Of a stretch of 12,510 nucleotides of DNA, positions 1 to 7,357 are shown one piece after another. The position numbers were made by a program, and so were the translations under genes. The stretch comes from Pseudobacteriovorax sp. (GTDB lineage: Bacteria; Bdellovibrionota_B; Oligoflexia; Oligoflexales; Oligoflexaceae), in assembly GCA_050293845.1 (NCBI GenBank), contig JBNKNM010000167.1, positions 1 to 12,510 of the forward strand, written 5' to 3'. Under the pieces are notes generated by a model. The model saw only the letters and a list, made by a program, of their open reading frames with translations. It was not told the origin of the DNA and searched no databases. How positions within the stretch are numbered: the first letter of the stretch is position 1; the number at the start of each line of letters is the position of its first letter.

Positions 1-31
1 CGTTCTGAGCCAGGATCAAACTCTAACGTTT
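1..31 (-). rRNA. rrs: 16S rRNA gene, 5' end only (continues off the left edge)
   Basis: Reverse complement of 1-31 reads AAACGTTAGAGTTTGATCCTGGCTCAGAACG and contains the universal 27F site AGAGTTTGATCCTGGCTCAG (5-24). The mature 5' end near 31 is placed by analogy to E. coli numbering. Confidence 0.96.
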
Positions 32-204
32 AAATCCTAACTAGCTATTAGCTAGCTTATCTTTTTCAATCTGTTTTGAGTCCTGAAGACTTTTGCTGTC
101 CTCCTGAGCTACTCTGAAGAACCTCAGTGAGATTCCTCATTTCATTCAGAATGACACTCATCCAGAATTGACGTCTATGATTTCTTTATGTGTCTTACTA
201 TTCA

Positions 205-218
205 GTTTTCAAAGAACT
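205..218 (-). promoter_or_regulatory. rrn leader boxA antitermination element
   Basis: Minus strand AGTTCTTTGAAAAC, matching the boxA pattern (GxTCTTTxA), about 175 nt upstream of the 16S 5' end and downstream of the promoter. Confidence 0.8.
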
Positions 219-285
219 TTTCGCCTGCCTTTTTAGGAACTTGCTGCTGAGTTGCGTTAGCGCCTCATCAGTGGCGTGAGGAAGA

Positions 286-343
286 CTTATACGGACTTGC
301 CCCCCAGGAGTCAACATTTAAAACAAAGTTTTTTTATTTTTTT
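286..343 (-). promoter_or_regulatory. sigma70-type rRNA operon promoter with UP-element-like A tracts
   Basis: Minus strand -35 TTGACT (314-309), 17 bp spacer, -10 TATAAG (291-286). A-tracts lie immediately upstream (about 317-343). Position and orientation fit an rrn promoter. Confidence 0.75.
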
Positions 344-404
344 CTTCAGAATTTTAACCACTTACTGTGCCATATTATCTTTTAGTTAAAAAGCCCCATT
401 ATAT

Positions 405-432
405 TAAAGTTTTAGATCACTATTACCGATAA
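405..432 (+). promoter_or_regulatory. putative sigma28 (FliA) promoter
   Basis: TAAAGTTT (405-412) N12 ACCGATAA (425-432) versus the consensus TAAAGTTT-N11-GCCGATAA. It lies 22 nt upstream of ATG 455, with a GGAGG RBS in between. Confidence 0.65.
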
Positions 433-454
433 GGCTGAGAGGGAGGGCAGCGCC

Positions 455-913
455 ATGCTAGTAAAATTTTCTGCTATTTTTTTAGGAATGTGCTTAACAT
501 CGTCCTGTGGATTAACAGGATCACGCTATGTTGACTATAAGTCAGAAAACAGTCCAAATACAACCGGCACTCCAGGTAACGAGGACGATACAGCAAATGC
601 AGCTCCTACATTCTGCCAACAAGCTAATGACTCGATTAGCGATGCTTTTACGACTAAAACAACTGAATGTAGCTGTCACACTGCAACAACTCCTCCCATA
701 ATATCGGGAGATGCCAATGCTGACCGCTTAGAATTTGTGAGAATCACAATTGCCGATTACGATGGAACATACGCAGACTTAGCGGCTTATATTAAAACTG
801 AAGGACATGCTGGCTACACAGCAGCAGAGAATAATGTTGGGATAAGCCAAGCACTTGATGACTGGGTTATCAATGAGAACTCCATCTGCCCAACTCAGTC
901 AGATTCTCCTTAA
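455..913 (+). CDS. lipoprotein, possible cytochrome c-like domain with a CxCH motif
   Basis: 152 aa ORF with GGAGGG RBS, signal peptide ending in lipobox-like LTSSC (Cys18) and a low-complexity tether. It carries C72-S-C74-H75, a distal H118 (GHAG) and C-terminal LDDWV. Confidence 0.8.
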   Translation: MLVKFSAIFLGMCLTSSCGLTGSRYVDYKSENSPNTTGTPGNEDDTANAAPTFCQQANDSISDAFTTKTTECSCHTATTPPIISGDANADRLEFVRITIADYDGTYADLAAYIKTEGHAGYTAAENNVGISQALDDWVINENSICPTQSDSP

Positions 914-927
914 TTATCCGTACGGGT

Positions 928-1617
928 TTAGCTACTCTTGCGATTATGCTCAGGAAAAAAACTGCGAAACTCATTTTTCTCACCTTCCGTAGTATATTGC
1001 CGGTAGGTATAGTTTCTAATATCTGCGGTCACTTTCTCCAGCTCGCTGCGCTTGCACCTTTCGTCATAGTCTATAAGTACATAGTTAAGACCAGTTTGGA
1101 GGACCTTTAAGGCCATGATTAAATGATCTAATTTTTGGGCAATGACATCTTCGGAGGAAAGGGCCCCAATCATTCCCACCAGCAAATTAGCTAGATCGTT
1201 ATCGAGGTCTTGGACATTTTTCATATCATTGGTGAATTTGCAGGAGAACCGCTTGATGCGGTTTTGTAATAGAACTTCTGGCTCGGCTGTGGTTAGTTCA
1301 GAAAGATCCTCACCCCGATGAAACTTTACTTGCGCCTCTTCAAAGAGATCATCAATCATCTTTTGGAGACCATCAACGAGAACTTGAGTTTCAGCGTCAG
1401 GATTGAAGTAAGCCTTTTCCAATGCCTGTTCAGCGATTTCTTTTTTCTTTTCCGTGGCATTACTAATATTTTTAACGCCTTCCATAACCGTATCAACAGT
1501 TCCTTCCATAGTTTCTCTTATTGACAGGAGCTGCTTTTCCATAAGGCCAGAGAAGCGATCCAAGAACTCAATCAAGAATGCACTTCCCTCTTGAAAATCA
1601 TCGTTATTATGAACCAT
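928..1617 (-). CDS. CheZ-like helical protein (paralog B)
   Basis: 229 aa, helical/coiled-coil composition, motif LSSEDVIAQKLDH (D157-x3-Q161). Adjacent to cheY and clearly paralogous to 2032-2676. The CDS is secure; the CheZ-like function is inferred. Confidence 0.75.
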   Translation of the reverse strand: MVHNNDDFQEGSAFLIEFLDRFSGLMEKQLLSIRETMEGTVDTVMEGVKNISNATEKKKEIAEQALEKAYFNPDAETQVLVDGLQKMIDDLFEEAQVKFHRGEDLSELTTAEPEVLLQNRIKRFSCKFTNDMKNVQDLDNDLANLLVGMIGALSSEDVIAQKLDHLIMALKVLQTGLNYVLIDYDERCKRSELEKVTADIRNYTYRQYTTEGEKNEFRSFFPEHNRKSS

Positions 1618-1646
1618 GGGTAAAAACCTTTTTTGATCAAAAAAAA

Positions 1647-2009
1647 CTAGCCAGCTATTTTGGAGACAGCAGCTACCAATTGATCGGGTTGAAATGGTTT
1701 TACAAGCCAGCCTTTAGCCCCAGCTTCCTTAGCTCTCTGAATGAGGTCAGAGGCTCCCTCAGTCGTTAGCATGATGACCGGAACGGTATTGCCGTCAGAT
1801 TTTAATTTTTCCACCATTTCAAGGCCATTCATATTTGGCATGTTGACATCGCTAATCACCATGGCCACATCCGCATTGGCTTTCAACTTATCGATACCAT
1901 CTTGACCGTCTTCTGCTTCGATCACCTCATAGCCACCTTTCGTTAGGGTAAAGCTAACCTGCTGACGAATTGTTTTTGAATCATCGACTATCATAATTTT
2001 CTTACCCAT
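1647..2009 (-). CDS. cheY: single-domain response regulator, CheY family
   Basis: 120 aa from ATG 2009 (RBS GAGGAG at 2024-2019), shorter than the ORF-track call. Receiver motifs IVDD (D9/D10), phospho-acceptor D54 in SDVNMP, LTTE (T82) and GWLVKPF (K104). Confidence 0.92.
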   Translation of the reverse strand: MGKKIMIVDDSKTIRQQVSFTLTKGGYEVIEAEDGQDGIDKLKANADVAMVISDVNMPNMNGLEMVEKLKSDGNTVPVIMLTTEGASDLIQRAKEAGAKGWLVKPFQPDQLVAAVSKIAG

Positions 2010-2031
2010 CGCAAAAATCTCCTCTTTTGCT

Positions 2032-2676
2032 TCACGATACTTTTTTATTAGCTTTTGGTTGCCCAAAGATCTTATGAAATATTTCTTTCTCTTCTTCAGC
2101 GGTGTAGCTGCAATACACTTCGGTGAGAATTTCGTTTCTTAGCTGCTTAACATTCTTCTGTGTCTGATAGTCCCGATGATGGCTCACGACCTTTGCAAGT
2201 CCTGAGCGGAGCTGATAAATTGCCTGAATAACATGGCTCAACCTTTGTGCCATCACATCATCCATAGAAACCGAGCCTACGACCCGAATAAGGAGGTTCT
2301 GTACCTCGGTATCCGTGGTACTGAGAGCCTCCATATGCTTAGAAAATACACCGCCAGCTCTACGCAGCTTACTTTCGAGAAATGCACGGCGTTTCTCCAA
2401 TGACTCTGCACTGGCAACCTCCCCTTCGCGATCTAAGTCTTGGGTAGAAGTTTTTTTGAAGTCATTATTATGATCATCGCGTACCAAAACTTCTGATGCC
2501 TGATTTTTCTTTGCGTCCGCGGTGGATGAGATATTGCTCACTGATGACATAACGTCTTGCACCGTAACTTCCATCAACCTGCGAATAGCTAGAAGTTGCT
2601 GTTCAGCTAATGATGTCAGATCTCTAATGAAATCCACCAAGACTTTAGCTGCCAAAAAAGCTTCTTTACTATCCAA
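2032..2676 (-). CDS. CheZ-like helical protein (paralog A)
   Basis: 214 aa, TTG start, motif VSMDDVMAQRLSH (D140-x3-Q144). Shares ExQLLxIRxxMExTV, NIS, NLL and YTxExEKxxF with paralog B, and is first in the unit with cheY. Confidence 0.75.
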   Translation of the reverse strand: MDSKEAFLAAKVLVDFIRDLTSLAEQQLLAIRRLMEVTVQDVMSSVSNISSTADAKKNQASEVLVRDDHNNDFKKTSTQDLDREGEVASAESLEKRRAFLESKLRRAGGVFSKHMEALSTTDTEVQNLLIRVVGSVSMDDVMAQRLSHVIQAIYQLRSGLAKVVSHHRDYQTQKNVKQLRNEILTEVYCSYTAEEEKEIFHKIFGQPKANKKVS

Positions 2677-2735
2677 ACCTGCTTACCCTTATGACAATTG
2701 CAACGAGAAAAGTTCTGTTATATAAAACAGCTTTT

Positions 2736-2762
2736 CTATCGGATAAATTAGAAGAGTCTTAA
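2736..2762 (-). promoter_or_regulatory. putative sigma28 (FliA) promoter for the cheY unit
   Basis: Minus strand TTAA (2762-2759) N15 TCCGATAG (2743-2736) versus the consensus TAAA-N15-GCCGATAA. It lies about 60 nt upstream of a chemotaxis-type unit. Confidence 0.6.
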
Positions 2763-2841
2763 ATGGTGACGCGAACCAGACCCCGGTCATAAAATTTATT
2801 CCAATAATAACAAAAGATTATTGAATAGCCCTTTTTAGTTT

Positions 2842-2857
2842 TGTCAAAATACTGACA
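2842..2857. promoter_or_regulatory. palindromic operator candidate TGTCA-N6-TGACA
   Basis: Perfect 5-6-5 inverted repeat in the divergent intergenic region, with CRP/FNR-family geometry. Confidence 0.35.
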
Positions 2858-2881
2858 GTATCAAAGCCCCTCATTGGGATA

Positions 2882-2890
2882 TGGTATAAT
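2882..2890 (+). promoter_or_regulatory. extended -10 sigma70 promoter for the Snf2 gene
   Basis: TGGTATAAT is a perfect TGnTATAAT, 30 nt upstream of the GTG start at 2921. Confidence 0.65.
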
Positions 2891-2920
2891 CATCATTAGT
2901 AATTTCCTCATTGTCGTAGA

Positions 2921-5743
2921 GTGGTAAATTTGAAAACTGACATCTTAGACTTTTTTTACGAACATACATCTGATTTTGACTGGCACGAGGGTCTTGATCT
3001 CTACACCTCTGGGAAAGTTAAGGATGTCGGCAGTATTCATGGACTAGTTACAGGCAAGGTCAGCTCTAATATCGGGCGCGACCTTGAGGTCCGGATGAAA
3101 ATTCACCCTAATGGGCGATTTATTCAATGGATCGAATGCACCTGTAGAAAAAACCGCACAACCGGTCAATACTGTGAACATATTTCTGCATTAATGGTCA
3201 GTCTACAGCATGACCATCAGAAATATCTTGCCAACATTGATGGCAAAATGCCGATGAAGGCACCATCCATCCCGCGAAAAGTACGTTCTGCTATCGCCAA
3301 AAAAGAGCGGGAAAACCCTCAGCCAAAGATGGATGGAGCAGCCCAATCTATCATCAATCACCTGAAGAATATCCACTCCATTCGGCTCATCGCTAATGGA
3401 CCCACCATTAGAGTTCGCGCAGAAACTAAGCCCAGTGAGTTTAAAAATTATACCTTGCAGCTTGATGAAGCAGCTAAGTTTCTTTCTTCATCACCACGCC
3501 ATAAAGCTGCCACTCCTGAAGTTAGGGAACTCACGGTACATAAAAGTACCGTGTGTTTAGGTACGCGTATCTATCAGCTAGAGCCCGAAAAAATTATTGC
3601 CGAAAGAGTTGTTGGCATCCGCCACACGGCAACAACTCACAAGAAGCTTGAACAACAAAACACAGATCAATCCTTTTCCATAGCACAGCATCGCTTTTAC
3701 GCTGATGATAAATCGAAAAGCAAAGAGGCCATCTACGAATTTATTTCCGCAAAAACAGCATCCCGATATATTGGTAAAGAATATTTTTTTTACCCCAAAA
3801 GAGGTTTTTGGAAGCTGGATTTGACTTATCTCCAACCCGAATGGCACGAGCTTCCCCTGAAAAAGACATTTAAAGACGATCTTGCAGCACAACTGATCAA
3901 TAACCAGTTCAAGGAATACTTAAATCTTGGCCCCATTTGGCTAGATGAAAACCTCAAAAAACACAACATTGAATTGACCCCTCACCTGTCGCAAATTGAG
4001 GTGCACAAATCTGAAGAGGGATGGTTTTACTTAGACCCCAAATATGGCCAAGGTCAAGACTCTGTCTCCATGATCGATCTGATGCTGCAGTATCGCACCA
4101 ACAAGCGCAACTTCCTCAAACGTGGCAATAAATGGGTGAAAGTACCAGAGTTTATAAAAGACCATAATTGGAGTGTCGATGAAACGGGGAAATACCTCAA
4201 AGTCGATGCCCTTGGTCTCATGCGCCTGAAAGCGGCCGTGGGTGATTTTGACCAGTTTGTGGGTAGTAAAACCACATTAAATCGCTTACGCAATCGTTTC
4301 GAGTTCAAACCTGAAGGTAAGGTACCTTCTCTTAAGCACACTAAATTGAATTTAAGAGAGTACCAATTAATAGGGCTGCGCTGGATGTGGTGGCTTTACG
4401 AGAATAGTCTGCACGGCCTATTGGCTGATGAGATGGGGCTGGGCAAAACCCACCAGGCTATGGCGCTAATGTCTGTCATTCAAAAGAAAAAGCCCAATGC
4501 CATTTTTATTGTCATTTCCCCAACAACAGTTTTAGATCACTGGGAAGACAAAGTAAATGATTTCTGCCCTAACTTAGCCCCTTTCAAACATCACGGCCCG
4601 AAACGCTCCCAAAACATCAAGTCGTTTCCCAAGCATCACTACACCATGATCACAAGCTACGGTGTCCTGTTAAGGGACCTTAAATCCATCTCCTCCCATC
4701 ATTGGGATGCCGTGATTCTCGATGAAGCCCACTTTGTAAAAAATAATGATACAGCCACCTATCGAGCCGTATGCAAACTTTCTGCAGATATTCGCATTTG
4801 CTTAACGGGTACACCCATGGAAAACCATCTTAGCGAACTCAAGAATATTTTTGATTTCTTGATCCCGGGCTACTTGGGTTCTGACGACTATTTTAAAAAA
4901 CATTTTATCTCCCCTATTGAAAAAGGGGACGCCCGTGAAACAGAGAATCATCTGCAAAAGCTCATTCATCCCTTTAAAATGCGTCGCAACAAGGCTAATG
5001 TCTTAAAAGACCTTCCTGAAAAAGTGGAAGATATCCGCCACTGTGCCCTGTCGGGCGATCAGGTAAAAGTCTACAAAAAAGTCCTGAATCTAAAGGCTAA
5101 GCCCCTTATCCAACAACTTAAAGATGATCAGGTTTCCATTCCTTACTTGCACGTCTTTGCCACTCTAACCTTGCTAAAGCAGGTCTGTGATCACCCAGCA
5201 CTGGTAGAAAAATCTGATGATTACAGTAAATTCGAATCAGGAAAATTTGAGCTGCTCAAAGAGATCCTAGAGGAAGCCATAGGAAGCGGCCATAAAGTGG
5301 TTATCTACAGTCAGTATGTAGGGATGATCAAACTCATTTCCGCTTACTTGAAAGATCAGCACATTGAGCATGTTACCTTAACCGGCACAACCAGAAATCG
5401 GGGCAAAGTCATACATAAGTTCCAAACCGATGAAAATTGTAAGATTTTTATTGGCTCTCTGCTCGCTGGTGGTATTGGTATCGATCTTACGGCTGCCTCA
5501 GTTGTGGTACATTATGACCGCTGGTGGAACGCCAGTAAGGAAAATCAGGCCACTGATCGCGTTTACCGCATTGGACAAAATAAGAATGTCCAGGTCTTAA
5601 AATTAGTCAACCGAGGCACCCTAGAAGAAAAAATAGATGCTTTAATCAATAGTAAAAAAGAGCTTTTTGAAAAATTCATGGATAGGGATGAAGAGGCTTA
5701 CAAATCCCTATCGCGCAGCCAGTTGATTGAGTTGTTACAATAG
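2921..5743 (+). CDS. SWIM zinc-finger SNF2-family helicase/ATPase
   Basis: 940 aa. SWIM motif C73xC75-x9-C85xH87, then LREYQ, LADEMGLGKT (Walker A), LDEAH (Walker B), LTGTPMEN, GGIGIDLT, WWN and QATDRVYRIGQ. Confidence 0.96.
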   Translation: MVNLKTDILDFFYEHTSDFDWHEGLDLYTSGKVKDVGSIHGLVTGKVSSNIGRDLEVRMKIHPNGRFIQWIECTCRKNRTTGQYCEHISALMVSLQHDHQKYLANIDGKMPMKAPSIPRKVRSAIAKKERENPQPKMDGAAQSIINHLKNIHSIRLIANGPTIRVRAETKPSEFKNYTLQLDEAAKFLSSSPRHKAATPEVRELTVHKSTVCLGTRIYQLEPEKIIAERVVGIRHTATTHKKLEQQNTDQSFSIAQHRFYADDKSKSKEAIYEFISAKTASRYIGKEYFFYPKRGFWKLDLTYLQPEWHELPLKKTFKDDLAAQLINNQFKEYLNLGPIWLDENLKKHNIELTPHLSQIEVHKSEEGWFYLDPKYGQGQDSVSMIDLMLQYRTNKRNFLKRGNKWVKVPEFIKDHNWSVDETGKYLKVDALGLMRLKAAVGDFDQFVGSKTTLNRLRNRFEFKPEGKVPSLKHTKLNLREYQLIGLRWMWWLYENSLHGLLADEMGLGKTHQAMALMSVIQKKKPNAIFIVISPTTVLDHWEDKVNDFCPNLAPFKHHGPKRSQNIKSFPKHHYTMITSYGVLLRDLKSISSHHWDAVILDEAHFVKNNDTATYRAVCKLSADIRICLTGTPMENHLSELKNIFDFLIPGYLGSDDYFKKHFISPIEKGDARETENHLQKLIHPFKMRRNKANVLKDLPEKVEDIRHCALSGDQVKVYKKVLNLKAKPLIQQLKDDQVSIPYLHVFATLTLLKQVCDHPALVEKSDDYSKFESGKFELLKEILEEAIGSGHKVVIYSQYVGMIKLISAYLKDQHIEHVTLTGTTRNRGKVIHKFQTDENCKIFIGSLLAGGIGIDLTAASVVVHYDRWWNASKENQATDRVYRIGQNKNVQVLKLVNRGTLEEKIDALINSKKELFEKFMDRDEEAYKSLSRSQLIELLQ

Positions 5744-7186
5744 TTACTTGGCATGGGCAGAATTTAAAAAGTCCCTTAATCTAAACCGCACCATTTCACG
5801 ACCAATTAACTCTAAGCTCTCATTTAGGGGGGGAGAGTCTTTACGGCCGGTAGCGAGTAATCGTACAGGCATAAAGAAGTCCTTTGGCTTCCAGCCAATT
5901 TTATCTTTGTAGGCTGCTAAACAATGACCAATGGATGCAGCATCCCAATCATAAAGCTCATCAAGTTCTAAAATTAACCCTTTAAGCATATCGCGTAATT
6001 CTTTTTTCTCCTTGCCCTTAGGTAGGATAGTTAGACCGTCGTAGTTCAACGCCCCATTGAAGAAAAACTGATTATTATCTACGAACTGCTCGAAGCGAGA
6101 CATACGCTCTAAGGCTAGCGGCTTCAGTTGCAAAAGAAATTCTTCAGAAAACATCTCATCGCGGATGTAATTGACAAAGGCCTTATCATCAAGTTTGTGC
6201 ATGTAAGTTTGATTCAACCAAGTAAGTTTAACCTGATCAAAAATAGGTCCACCTAAGGAAACATTCTTAAAATCAAAAACTTCTACCATTTGATCAAGGG
6301 TAAAGACTTCTTGATCATTACCAAAGCTCCAGCCCATCAACCCCAAAAAATTCACCATGGCTTCAGGCAAAATTCCGGCACGTTTATAGTAACTTAAGGA
6401 AACCGGATTCTTGCGCTTTGAAATTTTTGATTTATCCTTATTCCGCAGCAGCGGCATGTGTATCCATTCTGGCTCTTGCCACCCAAAGGCCTTATACAGC
6501 AATACGTGTTTTGGCGTTGAGGAGATCCATTCTTCAGCGCGAATAACGTGGGAAATGTCCATAAGATGATCATCAACCACATTAGCAAAATGATATGTGG
6601 GGTATCCATCTGACTTGATCAGAACCTGATCGTCCATTTGCTCGTTGTTGATCTCGACAGAGCCCCTGAGCTTATCCTTGAAAACAGTCGCTCCTGATGT
6701 TGGCATTTTTAAGCGCACCACAAACGGCTGGCCTCCTGCTACCAATTCGTTTTGCTCCGCTAAACTTAGCCCGCGACACTTACCATCGTACTTTGTTTGC
6801 AAGCCTTGCTGTTTTTGGGAGGCACGCAATTGGTCGAGTCGTTCCTGACTACAAAAGCAACGATATGCTTCCCCCTTATCAATCAACCCTGCGACATGCT
6901 CTTGATAAATTTCAAGTCTCTCTGATTGGCGGTAGGGACCTCGCTCCCCTCCGACATCGGGCCCTTCCTGCCAATCTAGACCTAACCAACGAAGACTAGA
7001 GAAAATCATGGCTTCACTACTGGACTTAGCACGGGTTTGATCGGTATCTTCGATACGTAGAATAAAATCACCGTCATGACTTTTGGCAAATACATAGTTA
7101 AATAGCGCTATATAGGCTGTGCCCACGTGAGGATCTCCCGTTGGTGATGGAGCAATTCTTACGCGAACCTTAGTTTTTTCCTGCAT
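5744..7186 (-). CDS. gltX: glutamate--tRNA ligase
   Basis: 480 aa. RIAPSPTGDPHVG (HIGH motif), LRIEDTD, YRQSER, VVDDH, SHVIRAEEW and KISKR (KMSKS motif). The C-terminal anticodon-binding domain is present, so this is not GluQ. Confidence 0.98.
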   Translation of the reverse strand: MQEKTKVRVRIAPSPTGDPHVGTAYIALFNYVFAKSHDGDFILRIEDTDQTRAKSSSEAMIFSSLRWLGLDWQEGPDVGGERGPYRQSERLEIYQEHVAGLIDKGEAYRCFCSQERLDQLRASQKQQGLQTKYDGKCRGLSLAEQNELVAGGQPFVVRLKMPTSGATVFKDKLRGSVEINNEQMDDQVLIKSDGYPTYHFANVVDDHLMDISHVIRAEEWISSTPKHVLLYKAFGWQEPEWIHMPLLRNKDKSKISKRKNPVSLSYYKRAGILPEAMVNFLGLMGWSFGNDQEVFTLDQMVEVFDFKNVSLGGPIFDQVKLTWLNQTYMHKLDDKAFVNYIRDEMFSEEFLLQLKPLALERMSRFEQFVDNNQFFFNGALNYDGLTILPKGKEKKELRDMLKGLILELDELYDWDAASIGHCLAAYKDKIGWKPKDFFMPVRLLATGRKDSPPLNESLELIGREMVRFRLRDFLNSAHAK

Positions 7187-7357
7187 TTTTACTTTTCCCT
7201 CAGCTTTATATTGAAACCGTCAAAAAGTTCCTATATACAGTAACATTCCCATAATCGGGTGTACCAGTTTCACAGCGTTATAGTGGGCCAAGGCCTTCTC
7301 TGCAACATTGATTTCCGTAATTTAGCAATTTTTTTTGAATATTTGGCGAGGGTAATC

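Noticed and set aside
2010..2066. N-terminal extension of CheY in the ORF track
   Set aside because: It overlaps the upstream gene. ATG 2009 has a GAGGAG RBS and gives a canonical 120-aa receiver.
1318..2725. Short plus-strand ORFs 1318-1524, 1578-1769 and 2522-2725
   Set aside because: Antisense shadows of the cheY unit, with no motifs or convincing RBS.
2921..5743. Snf2 helicase as part of an anti-phage system (e.g. DISARM, Zorya)
   Set aside because: No methylase, nuclease or other defence partners are nearby; the context is housekeeping.
5741..5746. Abutting convergent stops of the Snf2 gene and gltX
   Set aside because: Real, but common in compact genomes; there is no evidence of a functional link.
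7259..7357. N-terminal extension of the PTPS-like ORF
   Set aside because: The GTG start has no RBS and runs through AT-rich promoter-like DNA; ATG 7358 has an RBS.
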